This document shows, in pieces, positions 36,300 to 51,200 of a stretch of 64,000 nucleotides of DNA (its first letter is position 1; the number at the start of each line of letters is the position of its first letter). Source of the stretch: Phyllobates terribilis. Taxonomy: Eukaryota. The stretch is from the NCBI RefSeq assembly GCF_046119375.1, contig NW_027362769.1, positions 108,438,001 through 108,502,000 of the forward strand. Reading direction: 5' to 3'. Made by a program: the position numbers and the translations under genes. The notes beneath the pieces are model-generated. The model saw only the letters and a list, made by a program, of their open reading frames with translations. It ran no database searches and had not been told where the DNA came from.

Positions 36300-39200
36300 T
36301 GTGTAGTCTGGGGGTCTGTCACTCTCTACCTGTCCTCCATGTGTAGTGCGGGGTCTGTCACTCTCTACCTTCCCTCTATGTGTAGTGTGGGGTCTATCAC
36401 TCTCTCCCTGTCCTCCATGTGTAGTGTGGGGTCTGTCACTCTCTACCTGTTCTCCATGTGAAGACTGGGCTCTGTCACTCTCTAACTGCCCTCCATGTGT
36501 AGTCTAGGGTCTGTCACTCTCTACCTGTCCTCCATGTGTAGTGTTGGGTCTGTCACTCTCTACGTGTCCTCCATGTGTAGTGCGGGGTCTGTCCCTCTCT
36601 ACCTATCCTCCATGTGTAGTGTGGGGTCTGTCACTCTCTACCTGTCCTCCACGTGTAGTGTGGGGTCTATCCCTCTCTACCTATCCTCCATGTGTAGTCT
36701 GGGATCTGTCACTCTCTACCTGTCCTCCATGTGAAGACTGGGGTCTGTCACTCTCTAACTGCCCTCCATGTGTAGTCTAGGGGCTGTCACTCTCTACCTG
36801 CCCTCCATGTGTAGTGTAGGGTCTGTCACTCTCTACGTGTCCTCCATGTGCAGTGCGGGGTCTGTCCCTCTCTACCTATCCTCCATGTGTAGTGTGGGGT
36901 CTATCACTCTCTCCCTGTCCTCCATGTGTAGTGCGGAGTCTATCACTCTCTACCTGTCCTCCATGTGTAGTACAGGGTCTGTCATTCTCTACCTGTCCTC
37001 CATGTGTAGTGTGGGGTCTATCACTCTCTACCTGTCCTCAAGGTGTAGTGCGGGGTCTATCACTCTCTACCTGCCCTGTATGTGTAGTGTGGGGTCTGTC
37101 ACTCTCTACCTGTCCTCCATTTGTAGTGCGGGGTACGTCACTCTCTCCCTGTCCTCCATGTGCAGTGCAAGGTCTGTCACTCTCAACCTGTCCTCCATGT
37201 GTAGTGTGGGATCTTTCACTCTCTACCTGTCCTCCATGTGTAGTGCGGGGTCTGTCACTCGCTACCTGTCCTCCACGTATAGTGTGGGGTCTGTCACTCT
37301 CTACCTGTCCTCCATGTGTAGTGCGGGGTCTGTCACTCTCTACCTGTCCTTCATGTGTAGTGCAGAGTCTGTCACTCTCTACCTGTCCTCTATATATAGT
37401 GCGGGGTCTGTCACTCACTACCTGTCCTCCACATATAGTGTGGGGTCTGTCACTCTCTACCTGCCCTCTATGTGTAGTGTGGGGTCTGTCACTCTCTACC
37501 TGTCCTCTATATATAGTGCGGGATCTGTCACTCGCTACCTGTCCTCCACATATAGTGTGGGGTCCGTCACTCTCTACCTGCCTTCTATGTGTAGTGCTGG
37601 GTCTATCACTCTCTACTTGCCCTCTATGTGTAGTGCCGGGTCTGTCACTCTCTACCTGTCCTCCATATGTAGTGTGGGGTCTGTTACTCTCTACCTGTCC
37701 TCCATCTGTAGTGCTGGGTCTATCACTCTCTACCTGCTCTCCATGTGTAGTGTGGGGTCTTTCACTCTCTACCTGCCCTCTATGTGTAGTGTGGGGTCTG
37801 TCGCTCTCTACCATCCTCCATCTGTAGTGCGGGGTCTATCACTCTCTCCCTGTCCTCCATGTGTAGTGCGGGGTCTATCACTCTCTACCTGTCCTCCATG
37901 TGTAGTACAGGGTCTGTCACTCTCTACCTGTCCTCCATGTGTAGTGTGGGGTCTATCACTCTCTACCTGTCCTCAAGGTGTAGTGCGGGGTCTATCACTC
38001 TCTACCTGCCCTCTATGTGTAGTGAGGGGTCAGTCACTCTCTCCCTGTCCTCCATGTGTAGTGCAGGGTCTGTCACTCTCTACCTGTCCTCCATGTGTAA
38101 TGTGGGGTCTTTCACTCTCTACCTGTCCTCCATGTGTAGTGCGGGGTCTGTCACTCGCTACCTGTCCTCCACGTATAATGTGGGGTCTGTCACTCTCTAC
38201 CTGTCCTCCATGTGTAGTGTGGGGTCTGTCACTCTCTACCTGTCCTCTATATATAGTGCGGGGTCTGTCACTCGCTACCTGTCCTCCACATATAGTGTGG
38301 GGTCTGTCACTCTCTACCTGCCCTCTATGTGTAGTGTGGGGTCTGTCACTCCCTACCTGTCCTCCATGTGTAGTGCGGGGTCTCTCACTCTCTACTTGTC
38401 CTCCATGTGTAGAGTGGGGTCTGTCGCTCTCTACCTGCCCCCTATGTGTAGTGTGGGGTCTGTCACTCTCTCCCTGTCCTCCATTTGTAGTGCAGAGTCT
38501 GTCACTCTCTACCTGTCCTCCATGTGTAGTGCGGGGTCTGTCACACTCTACCTGTCCTCCAGTTGTAGTGCGGGGTCTATCACTCTACCTGTCCTCCATG
38601 TGTAGTCCGGGGTCTGTCACTCTCTACCTGTTCTCCATGTGTAGTGTGGGGTCTGTCACTATCTACCTGTCCTCCATGTGTAGTGTTGGGGTCTGTCACT
38701 CTCTACCTGTCCTCCATGTGTAGAGTGGGGTCTGTCACTCTCTACCTGTCCTCCATGTGTAGTGCAGGGTCTGTCACTCTCTACCTGTCCTCCATGTGTA
38801 GTGCGGGGTCTGTCACTCTCTACCTGTTCTTCATGTGTAGTGCGGGGTCTATCACTCTCTACCTGCCCTCTATGTGTAGTGTGGGGTCTGTCGCTCTCTA
38901 CCTGTCCTCCATGTGTAGTGCGGGGTCAATCACTCGCTCCCTGTCCTTCATGTGTAGTGGGGGTCTGTCACTCTCTACTTGTCCTCCATGTGTAGTGTTG
39001 GGGTCTGTCACTTACTACCTGTCCTCCATGTGTAGTATGGGGTCTGTTACTCTCTACCTGTCCTCCATGTGTAGTGTGGGGTCTGTCACTCTCTACCTGC
39101 CCTCCATGTGTAGTGCAGGGTCTGTCACTCTCTACCTGTCCTCCATGTGTAGTGTGGGGTCTGTCACTCTCTACCTGTCCTCTATATATAGTGCGGGGTC

Positions 39201-42200
39201 TGTCACTCGCTACCTGTCCTCCACATATAGTCTGGGGTCTGTCACTCTCTACCTGTCCTCTATGTGTAGTGTGGGGTCTGTCACTCCCTACCTGTCCTCC
39301 ATGTGTAGTGCGGGGTCTCTCACTCTCTACCTGTCCTCCATGTGTAGAGTGGGGTCTGTCGCTCTCTACCTGCCCTCTATGTGTAGTGTGGGGTCTGTCA
39401 CTCTCTCCCTGTCCTCCATTTGTAGTGCAGGGTCTGTCACTCTCTACCTTTCCTCCATGTGTAGTGTGGGGTCTGTCACTCTCTAACTGTCCTCCAGTTG
39501 TAGTGCGGGGTCTATCACTCTACCTGTCCTCCATGTGTAGTCCGGGGTCTGTCACTCTCTACCTGTTCTCCATGTGTAGTGTGGGGTCTGTCACTCTCTA
39601 CCTGTCCTCCATGTGTAGTGTTGGGGTCTGTCACTCTCTACCTGTCCTCCATGTGTAGTGTGGGGTCTGTTACTCTCTACCTGTCCTCCATGTGTAGTGC
39701 AGGGTCTGTCACTCTCTACCTGCCCTCTATGTGTAGTGTGGGGTCTGTCGCTCTCTACCTGTCCTCGATGTGTAGTGCGGGGTCTATCACTCGCTCCCTG
39801 TCCTCCATGTGTAGTGGGGGTCTGTCACTCTCTACCTGTCCTCCATGTGTAGTGTTGGGGTCTGTCACGTACTACCTGCCCTCCATGTGCAGTATGGGGT
39901 CTGTTACTTTCTACCTGTCCTCCATGTGTAGTGTGGGGTCTGTCACTCTCTACCTGCCCTCCATGTGTAGTACAGAATCTGTCACACTCTACCTGTCTTC
40001 CATGTGTAGTATAGGGTCTGTCACTCTCTACCTGTCCTCTATATATAGTGCGGGGTCTGTCACTCGCTACTTGTCCTCCACATATAGTGTGGGGTCTGTC
40101 ACTCTCTACCTGCCCTCCATGTGTAGTGCAGGGTCTGTCACTCTCTACCTGTCCTCCATGTGTAGTGTGGGGTCTGTCACTCTCTACCTGTTCTCCATGT
40201 GTAGTGTGGGGTCTGTCACTATCTACCTGTTCTCCATGTGTAGTGTGGGGTCTGTCACTATCTACCTGTCCTCCATGTGTAGTGTTGGGGTCTGTCACTC
40301 TCTACCTGTCCTCCATGTGTAGTGTGGAGTCTGTTACTCTCTACCTGTCCTCCATGTGTAGTGCGGGGTCTGTCGCTCTCTACCTGTCCTCCATGTGTAG
40401 TGCGGGGTCTATCACTCGCTCCCTGTCCTTCATGTGTAGTGGGGGTCTGTCACTCTCTACCTGTCCTCCATGTGTAGTGTTGGGGTCTGTCACTTACTAC
40501 CTGTCCTCCACGTGTAGTATGGGGTCTGTTACTCTCTACCTGTCCTCCATGTGTAGTGTGGGGTCTGTCACTCTCTACCTGCCCTCCATGTGTAGTGCAG
40601 GGTCTGTCACTCTCTACCTGCCCTCCATGTGTAGTGCAGGGTCTGTCACTCTCTACCTGTCCTCCATGTGTAGTGTGGGGTCTGTCACTCTCTACCTGTC
40701 CTCTATATATAGTGCGGGGTCTGTCACTCGCTACCTGTCCTCCACATATAGTGTGGGGTCTGTCACTCTCTACCTGCCCTCTATGTGTAGTGTGGGGTCT
40801 GTCACTCCCTACCTGTCCTCCATTTGTAGTGCGGGGTCTCTCACTCTCTACCTGTCTTCCATGTGTAGAGTGGGGTCTGTCGCTCTCTACCTGCCCTCTA
40901 TGTGTAGTGTGGGGTCTGTCACTCTCTCCCTGTCCTCCATGTGTAGTGCAGGGTCTGTCACTCTCTACCTGTCCTCCATGTGTAGTGCGGGGTCTGTCAC
41001 TCTCTACCTGTCCTCCAGTTGTAGTGCGGGGTCTATCACTCTACCTGTCCTCCATGTGTAGTCCGGGGTCTATCACTCTCTACCTGTTCTCCATGTGTAG
41101 TGTGGGGTCTGTCACTCTCTACCTGTCCTCCATGTGTAGTGTATGGGTCTGTCACTCTCTACCTGTCCTCCATGTGTAGTGTGGGGTCTGTTACTCTCTA
41201 CCTGTCCTCCATGTGTAGTGCGGGGTCTGTCACTCTCTACCTGTTCTTCATGTGTAGTGCGGGGTCTATCACTCTCTACCTGCCCTCTATGTGTAGTGTG
41301 GGGTCTGTCGCTCTCTACCTGTCCTCCATGTGTAGTGCGGGTTCTATCACTCGCTCCCTGTCCTCCATGTGTAGTGGGGGTCTGTCACTCTCTACCTGTC
41401 CTCCATGTGTAGTGTTGGGGTCTGTCACTTACTACCTGTCCTCCATGTGTAGTATGGGGTCTGTTACTCTCTACCTGTCCTCCATGTGTAGTGTGGGTTC
41501 TGTCACTCTCTACCTGCCCTCCATGTGTAGTACAGAATCTGTCACTCTCTACCTGTACTCCATGTGTAGTATGGGGTCTGTCACTCTCTACCTGTCCTCC
41601 ATGTGTCGTGTTGGGGTATGTCACTCTCTACCTGTCCTCCATGTGTAGTTTGGGGTCTGTTACTCTCTATCTGTCCTCCATGTGAAGTGCGGGGTCTGTC
41701 ACTCTCTACCTGTCCTCCATGTGTAGTGCGGGGTCTATGACTCTCTACCTGCCCTCTATGTGTAGTGCGGGGTCTATCACTCTCTCCCTGTCCTCCATGT
41801 GTAATGCGGGGTCTATCACTCTCTACCTGTCCTCCATGTGTAGTACAGGGTCTGTCGCTCTCTACCTCTCCTCCATGTGTAGTGTGGGGTCTATCACTCT
41901 CTACCTGTCCTCAAGGTGTAGTGCGGGGTCTGTCACTCTCTACCTGTCCTCCATGTGTAATGCGGGGTCTGTCACTCTCTACCTGTCTTCCATGTGTAGA
42001 ACAGGGTCTGTCACTCTCTACCTGTCCTCCATGTGTAGTGTGGGGTCTATCACTCTCTACCTGTCCTCAAGGTGTAGTGCGGGATATATCACTCTCTACC
42101 TGCCCTCTATGTGTAGTGTGGGGTCTGTCACTCTCTCCCTGTCCTCCATGTGTAGTGCAGGGTCTTTCACTCTCTACCTGTCCTCCATGTGTAGTGCGGG

Positions 42201-45200
42201 GTCTGTCACTCGCTACCTGTCCTCCACGTATAATGTGGGTCTGTCACTCTCTACCTGTCCTCCATGTGTAGTGCAGAGTCTGTCACTCTTTACCTGTCCT
42301 CTATATATTGTGCGGGGTCTGTCACTCGCTACCTGTCCTCCACATATAGTGTGGGGTCTGTCACTCTCTACCTGCCCTCTATGTGTAGTGTGGGGTCTGT
42401 CACTCTATACCTGTCCTCCATGTGTAGTGCGGGGTCTCTCACTCTCTACCTGTCCTCCATGTGCAGTGTGGGGTCTGTCGCTCTCTACCTGCCCTCTATG
42501 TGTAGTGTGGGGTCTGTCACTCTCTCTCTGTCCTCCATGTGTAGTGCAGGGTCTGTCACTCTCTACCTGTCCTCTATGTGTAGTGCGGGGTCTGTCACTC
42601 TCTACCTGTCCTCCAGTTGTAGTGCGGGGTCTATCACTCTACCTGTCCTCCATGTGTAGTCCGGGGTCTGTCACTCTCTACCTGTCCTCGATGTGTAGTA
42701 CAGGGTCTGTCACTCTCTACCTGTCCTCCATGTATAGTGCGGGGTCTGTCACTCTCTACCTGTCCTCGATGTGTAGTACAGGGTCTGTCACTCTATACCT
42801 GTCCTCCATGTGTAGTGCGGGGTCTGTCACTCTCTACCTGTCCTCCATGTGTAATGCGGGGTCTGTCACTCTCTACCTGTCCTCCATGTGTAGTGCAGAG
42901 TCTGTCACTCTTTACCTGTCCTCTATATATTGTGCGGGGTCTGTCACTCGCTACCTGTCCTCCACATATAGTGTGGGGTCTGTCACTCTCTACCTGCCCT
43001 CTATGTGTAGTGTGGGGTCTGTCACTCTCTACCTGTCCTCCATGTGTAGTGCGGGGTCTCTCACTCTCTACCTGTCCTCCATGTGCAGTGTGGGGTCTGT
43101 CGCTCTCTACTTGCCCTCTATGTGTAGTGTGGGGTCTGTTACTCTCTATCTGTCCTCCATGTGAAGTGCGGGGTCTGTCACTCTCTACCTGTCCTCCATG
43201 TGTAGTGCGGGGTCTATGACTCTCTACCTGCCCTCTATGTGTAGTGCGGGGTCTATCACTCTCTCCCTGTCCTCCATGTGTAATGCGGGGTCTATCACTC
43301 TCTACCTGTCCTCCATGTGTAGTACAGGGTCTGTCACTCTCTACCTCTCCTCCATGTGTAGTGTGGGGTCTATCACTCTCTACCTGTCCTCAAGGTGTAG
43401 TGCGGGGTCTGTCACTCTCTACCTGTCCTCCAGGTGTAATGCGGGGTCTGTCACTCTCTACCTGTCCTCCATGTGTAGAACAGGGTCTGTCACTCTCTAC
43501 CTGTCCTCCATGTGTAGTGTGGGGTCTATCACTCTCTACCTGTCCTCAAGGTGTAGTGCGGGATATATCACTCTCTACCTGCCCTCTATGTGTAGTGTGG
43601 TGTCTGTCACTCTCTCCCTGTCCTCCATGTGTAGTGCAGGGTCTTTCACTCTCTACCTGTCCTCCATGTGTAGTGCGGGGTCTGTCACTCGCTACCTGTC
43701 CTCCACGTATAATGTGGGTCTGTCACTCTCTACCTGTCCTCCATGTGTAGTGCAGAGTCTGTCACTCTTTACCTGTCCTCTATATATTGTGCGGGGTCTG
43801 TCACTCGCTACCTGTCCTCCACATATAGTGTGGGGTCTGTCACTCTCTACCTGCCCTCTATGTGTAGTGTGGGGTCTGTCACTCTATACCTGTCCTCCAT
43901 GTGTAGTGCGGGGTCTGTCACTCTCTACCTGTCCTCCATGTGCAGTGTGGGGTCTGTCGCTCTCTACCTGCCCTCTATGTGTAGTGTGGGGTCTGTCACT
44001 CTCTCTCTGTCCTCCATGTGTAGTGCGGGGTCTGTCACTCTCTACCTGTCCTCCAGTTGTAGTGCGGGGTCTATCACTCTACCTGTCCTCCATGTGTAGT
44101 CCGGGGTCTGTCACTCTCTACCTGTCCTCGATGTGTAGTACAGGGTCTGTCACTCTCTACCTGTCCTCCATGTATAGTGCGGGGTCTCTCACTCTCTACC
44201 TGTCCTCCATGTGTAGTGCGGGGTATGTCACTCGCTACCTGTCCTCCATGTGTAGTGCAGAGTCTGTCACTCTCTACCTGTCCTCCATGTGTAGTGTGGG
44301 GTCTGTCACTCTCTACCTGTCCTCCATGTGTCGTGTGGGGTCTGTCACTCTCTACCTGTCCTCCATGTGTAGTGTGTAATCTGTCTCTCTCTACCTGTCC
44401 TCCATGTGTAGTGAAGAGTCTGTCACTCTCTACCTGTCCTCCTTGTGTAGTGTTGGGTCTGTCACTCTCTACCTGTCCTCCATGTGTTGTGCGGGGTCTG
44501 TCACTCTCTGCCTGTCCTCCATGTGTAGTGCGGGGTCTGTCACTCTCTACCTGTCCTCCATGTGTAGTACGGGGTCTATCACTCTCTCCCTGTCCTCCAT
44601 GTGTAGTGTGTGGTCTGTCACTCTCTACCTGTCCTCCATGTGTAGTGCGGGGTCTCACTCTCTACCTGTCCTCCATGTGTAGTACGGGGTCTGTCACTCT
44701 CTACTTGTCCTCCATGTGTAGTGTGGGGTCTGTCGCTCTCTACCTGCCCTCTATGTGTAGTGTGGGGTCTGTCACTCGCTACCTGTCCTCCATGTATAAT
44801 GTGTAATCTGTCACTCTCTACCTGTCCTCCATGTATAGTACAGGGTCTATCACTCTCTCCCTGTCCTCCATGTGTAGTGTGTGGTCTGTCACTCTCTACC
44901 TGTCCTCCATGTGTAGTGCGGGGTCTGTCATTCGCTACCTGTCCTCCATGTATAGTGTGTAATCTGTCACTCTCTACCTGTCCTCCATGTGTAGTGTGGG
45001 GTCTGTCACTCTATACGTGTCCTCAATGTGTAGTGCAGGGTCTATCCCTCTCTATCTGTCCTCCATGTTTAGTGTGGGGTGTGTCACTCTCTACCTGCCC
45101 TCCATGTGTAGTACAGGGTCTGTCACTCTCTCCCTGTCCTCCATGTGTAGTGTGGGGTGTGTCACTCTCTACCTGCCATCTATGTATAGTACAGGGTCTG

Positions 45201-48200
45201 TCACTCTCTACCTCTCCTCCATGTGTAGTGTGGGGTCTGTCACTCTCTACCTGTCCTCCATGTATAGTGCGGGGTCTCTCACTCTCTACCTGTCCTCCAT
45301 GTGTAGTGCGGGGTCTGTCACTCGCTACCTGTCCTCCATGTGTAGTGCAGAGTCTGTCACTCTCTACCTGTCCTCCATGTGTAGTGTCGGGGTCTGTCAC
45401 TCACTCTCTACCTGTCCTCCATATGTAGTGTGGGGTCTTTTACTCTCTACCTGTCCTCCATGTGTAGTGTGGGATCTGTCACTCTCTACCTGCCCTCCAT
45501 GTGTAGTACAGGGTCTGTCACTCTCTACCTGTCCTCCATGTGTAGTGTAGTGTCTGTCACTCTCTACCTGCCATCTATGTGTAGTATAGGGTCTGTCACT
45601 CTCTACCTGTCCTCCATGTGTAGTGTGGGGTCTGTTACTCTCTACCTGTCCTCCATGTGTAGTGAGGGTCTATCACTCTCTACGTGCCCTCTATGTGTAG
45701 TGCGGGATCTGTCACTCTCTACCTGTCCTCCATGTGTAGTGTGGGGTCTGTTACTCTCTACCTGTCCTCCATGTGTAGTGCGGGGTCTGTCACTCTCTAC
45801 CTGCTCTCCATGTGTAGTGCGGGGTCTATCACTCTCTACGTGCCCTCTATGTGTCGTGTGGGGTCAGTCGCTCTCTACCTGTCCTCCATGTGTAGTGCGG
45901 GGTCTATCACTCTCTCACTGTCCTCCACGTGTAGTGCGGCGTCTATCACTCTCTACCTGTCCTCCATTTGTAGTACAGGGTCTGTCACTCTCTACCTGTC
46001 CTCCATGTGTAGTGTGGGGTCTTTCACTCTCTACCTGTCCTCAAGGTGTAGTGTGGGGTCTATCACTCTCTCCCTGCCCTCTATGTGTATTGTGGGGTCT
46101 GTCACTCTCTCCCTGTCCTCCATGTGTAGTGCAGGGTTTGTCACTCTCTACCTGTCCTCCATGTGTAGTGTGGGGTCTTTCACTCTCTACCTGTCCTCCA
46201 TGTGTAGTGCGGGGTCTGTCACTCGCTACCTGTCCTCCACGTATAATGTGGGTCTGTCACTCTCTACCTGTCCTCCATGTGTAGTGCAGAGTCTGTCACT
46301 CTTTACCTGTCCTCTATATATTGTGCGGGGTCTGTCACTCGCTACCTGTCCTCCACATATAGTGTGGGGTCTGTCACTCTCTACCTGGCCTCTATGTGTA
46401 GTGTGGGGTCTGTCACTCTATACCTGTCCTCCATGTGTAGTGCGGGGTCTGTCACTCTCTACCTGTCCTCCATGTGTAGTGCAGAGTCTGTCACTCTCTA
46501 CCTGTCCTCTATATATAGTGCGGGGTCTGTCACTCACTACCTGTCCTCCACATATAGTGTGGGGTCTGTCACTCTCTCCCTGTCCTACATGTGTAGGGCA
46601 GGGTCTGTCACTCTCTACCTGTCCTCCAGTTGTAGTGTGGGGTCTGTCACTCTCTACCTTTCCTCCATGTGTAGTGCGGGGCCTCTCACTCTCTACCTGT
46701 CCTCCATGTGTAGTGTGGGGTCTGTCGCTCTCTATCTGCCCTCTATGTGTAGTGTGGGGTCTGTCACTCTCTCCCTGTCCTCCATGTGTAGTGGGGGTCT
46801 GTCACTCTCTACCTGTCCTCCAGTTGTAGTGTGGGGTCTGTCACTCTCTACCTGTCCTTCAGTTGTAGTGCGGGGTCTATCACTCTACCTGTCCTTCCAG
46901 TTGTAGTGCGGGGTCTATCACTCTACCTGTCCTTCATGTGTAGTACAGGGTCTGTCACTCTCTACCTGTCCTCCATGTGTACTACAGGGTCTGTCACTCT
47001 CTACCTGTCCTCCAGTTGTAGTGTGGGGTCTGTCACTCTCTACCTGTCCTCCAGTTGTAGTGCGGGGTCTATCACTCTACCTGTCCTTCATGTGTAGTAC
47101 AGGGTCTGTCACTCTCTACCTGTCGTCCATGTGTAGTACAGGGTCTGTCACTCTCTACCTGTCCTCCATGTGTAGTACAGGGTCTGTCACTCTCTACCTG
47201 TCCTCCATGTGTAGTACAGGGTCTGTCACTCTCTACCTGTCCTCCATGTGTAGTGTGGGGTCTGTCACTCTCTCCCTGTCCTCCATGTGTAGTGCAGGGT
47301 CTGTCACTCTCTACCTGTCCTCCATGTGTAGTGCGGGGTCTATCACTCTCTACCTGTCCTCCATGTGTAGTGCGGGGTCTATCACTCTCTACCTGTCCTC
47401 CATGTGTAGTACAGTGTCTGTCACTCTCTACCTGTCCTCCATGTGTAGTACAGGGTCTGTCACTCTCTACCTGTCCTCCATGTGTAGTGTGGAGTCTTTC
47501 ACTCTCTACCTGTCCTGCATGTGTAGTACAGGGTCTGTCGCTCTCTACCTGTCCTCCATGTGTAGTACAGGGTCTGTCACTCTCTACCTGTCCTCCATGT
47601 GTAGTGCAGGGTCTGTCACTCTCTACCTGTCCTCTATATATAGTGCGGGGTCTGTCACTCACTACCTGTCCTCCACATATAGTGTGGGGTCTGTCACTCT
47701 CTCCCTGTCCTACATGTGTAGTGCAAGGTCTGTCACTCTCTACCTGTCCTCCAGTTGTAGTGTGGGGTCTGTCACTCTCTACCTTTCCTCCATGTGTAAT
47801 GCGGGGCCTCTCACTCTCTACCTGTCCTCCATGTGTAGTGTGGGGTGTGTCACTCTCTACCTGTCCTCCATGTGTAGTGCAGGGTCTGTCACTCTCTACC
47901 TGTCCTCTATATATAGTGCGGGGTCTGTCACTCACTACCTGTCCTCCACATATAGTGTGGGGTCTGTCACTCTCTCCCTGTCCTACATGTGCAGTGCAAG
48001 GTCTGTCACTCTCTACCTGTCCTCCAGTTGTAGTGTGGGGTCTGTCACTCTCTACCTTTCCTCCATGTGTAGTGCGGGGCCTCTCACTCTCTACCTGTCC
48101 TCCATGTGTAGTGTGGGGTGTGTCACTCTCTACCTGCCCTCCATGTGTAGTACAGGGTCTGTCACTCTCTCCCTGTCCTCCATGTGTAGTGTGGGGTGTG

Positions 48201-51200
48201 TCACTCTCTACCTGTCCTCCATGTGTAGTGTGGGGTCTGTCACTCTCTACCTGTCCTCCATGTATAGTGCGGGGTCTCTCACTCTCTACCTGTCCTCCAT
48301 GTGTAGTGCGGGGTCTGTCACTCGCTACCTGTCCTCCATGTGTAGTGCAGAGTCTGTCACTCTCTACCTGTCCTCCATGTGTAGTGTCGGGGTCTGTCAC
48401 TCACTCTCTACCTGTCCTCCATATGTAGTGTGGGGTCTTTTACTCTCTACCTGTCCTCCATGTGTAGTGTGGGATCTGTCACTCTCTACCTGCCCTCCAT
48501 GTGTAGTACAGGGTCTGTCACTCTCTACCTGTCCTCCATGTGTAGTGTAGTGTCTGTCACTCTCTACCTGCCATCTATGTGTAGTACAGGGTCTGTCACT
48601 CTCTACCTGTCCTCCATGTGTAGTGTGGGGTCTGTTACTCTCTACCTGTCCTCCATGTGTAGTGCGGGGTCTGTCACTCTCTACCTGCTCTCCATGTGTA
48701 GTGCGGGGTCTATCACTCTCTACGTGCCCTCTATGTGTCGTGTGGGGTCAATCGCTCTCTACCTGTCCTCCATGTGTAGTGCGGGGTCTATCACTCTCTC
48801 CCTGTCCTCCACGTGTAGTGCGGCGTCTATCACTCTCTACCTGTCCTCCATTTGTAGTACAGGGTCTGTCACTCTCTACCTGTCCTCCATGTGTAGTGTG
48901 GGGTCTTTCACTCTCTACCTGTCCTCAAGGTGTAGTGTGGGGTCTATCACTCTCTCCCTGCCCTCTATGTGTATTGTGGGGTCTGTCACTCTCTCCCTGT
49001 CCTCCATGTGTAGTGCAGGGTTTGTCACTCTCTACCTGTCCTCCATGTGTAGTGTGGGGTCTTTCACTCTGTACCTGTCCTCCATGTGTAGTGCGGGGTC
49101 TGTCACTCGCTACCTGTCCTCCACGTATAATGTGGGTCTGTCACTCTCTACCTGTCCTCCATGTGTAGTGCAGAGTCTGTCACTCTTTACCTGTCCTCTA
49201 TATATTGTGCGGGGTCTGTCACTCGCTACCTGTCCTCCACATATAGTGTGGGGTCTGTCACTCTCTACCTGCCCTCTATGTGTAGTGTGGGGTCTGTCAC
49301 TCTATACCTGTCCTCCATGTGTAGTGCGGGGTCTGTCACTCTCTACCTGTCCTCCATGTGTAGTGCAGAGTCTGTCACTCTCTACCTGTCCTCTATATAT
49401 AGTGCGGGGTCTGTCACTCACTACCTGTCCTCCACATATAGTGTGGGGTCTGTCACTCTCTCCCTGTCCTACATGTGTAGGGCAGGGTCTGTCACTCTCT
49501 ACCTGTCCTCCAGTTGTAGTGTGGGGTCTGTCACTCTCTACCTTTCCTCCATGTGTAGTGCGGGGCCTCTCACTCTCTACCTGTCCTCCATGTGTAGTGT
49601 GGGGTCTGTCGCTCTCTATCTGCCCTCTATGTGTAGTGTGGGGTCTATCACTCTCTCCCTGTCCTCCATGTGTAGTGCGGGGTCTGTCACTCTCTACCTG
49701 TCCTCCAGTTGTAGTGTGGGGTCTGTCACTCTCTACCTGTCCTCCAGTTGTAGTGCGGGGTCTATCACTCTACCTGTCCTTCCAGTTGTAGTGCGGGGTC
49801 TATCACTCTACCTGTCCTCCATGTGTAGTATAGGGTCTGTCACTCTCTACCTGTCCTCCATGTGTACTACAGGGTCTGTCACTCTCTACCTGTCCTCCAG
49901 TTGTAGTGTGGGGTCTGTCACTCTCTACCTGTCCTCCAGTTGTAGTGCGGGGTCTATCACTCTACCTGTCCTTCCAGTTGTAGTGCGGGGTCTATCACTC
50001 TACCTGTCCTCCATGTGTAGTATAGGGTCTGTCACTCTCTACCTGTCCTCCATGTGTAGTACAGGGTCTGTCACTCTCTACCTGTCCTCCAGTTGTAGTA
50101 CAGGGTCTGTCACTCTCTACCTGTCCTCCATGTGTAGTACAGGGTCTGTCACTCTCTACCTGTCCTCCATGTGTAGTACAGGGTCTGTCACTCTCTACCT
50201 GTCCTCCATGTGTAGTGTGGGGTCTGTCACTCTCTCCCTGTCCTCCATGTGTAGTGCGGGGTCTGTCACTCTCTACCTGTCCTCCATGTGTAGTGCGGGG
50301 TCTATCACTCTCTACCTGTCCTCCATGTGTAGTACAGGGTCTGTCACTCTCTACCTGTCCTCCATGTGTAGTACAGGGTCTGTCACTCTCTACCTGTCCT
50401 CCATGTGTAGTGTGGGGTCTTTCACTCTCTACCTGTCCTCCATGTGTAGTACAGGGTCTGTCGCTCTCTACCTGTCCTCCATGTGTAGTACAGGGTCTGT
50501 CACTCTCTACCTGTCCTCCATGTGTAGTGCAGGGTCTGTCACTCTCTACCTGTCCTCTATATATAGTGCGGGGTCTGTCACTCACTACCTGTCCTCCACA
50601 TATAGTGTGGGGTCTGTCACTCTCTCCCTGTCCTACATGTGTAGTGCAAGGTCTGTCACTCTCTACCTGTCCTCCAGTTGTAGTGTGGGGTCTGTCACTC
50701 TCTACCTTTCCTCCATGTGTAGTGCGGGGCCTCTCACTCTCTACCTGTCCTCCATGTGTAGTGTGGGGTCTGTCGCTCTCTATCTGCCCTCTATGTGTAG
50801 TGTGGGGTCTGTCACTCTCTTCCTGTCCTCCATGTGTAGTGCGGGGTCTGTCACTCTCTACCTGTCCTCCAGTTGTAGTGTGGGGTCTGTCACTCTCTAC
50901 CTGTCCTCCAGTTGTAGTGCGAGGTCTATCACTCTACCTGTCCTTCCAGTTGTAGTGCGGGGTCTATCACTCTACCTGTCCTCCATGTGTAGTACAGGGT
51001 CTGTCACTCTCTACCTGTCCTTCATGTGTAGTACAGGGTCTGTCACTCTCTACCTGTCCTCCAGTTGTAGTGTGGGGTCTGTCACTCTCTACCTGTCCTC
51101 CAGTTGTAGTGTGGGGTCTGTCACTCTCTACCTGTCCTCCAGTTGTAGTGCGGGGTCTATCACTCTACCTGTCCTTCATGTGTAGTACAGGGTCTGTCAC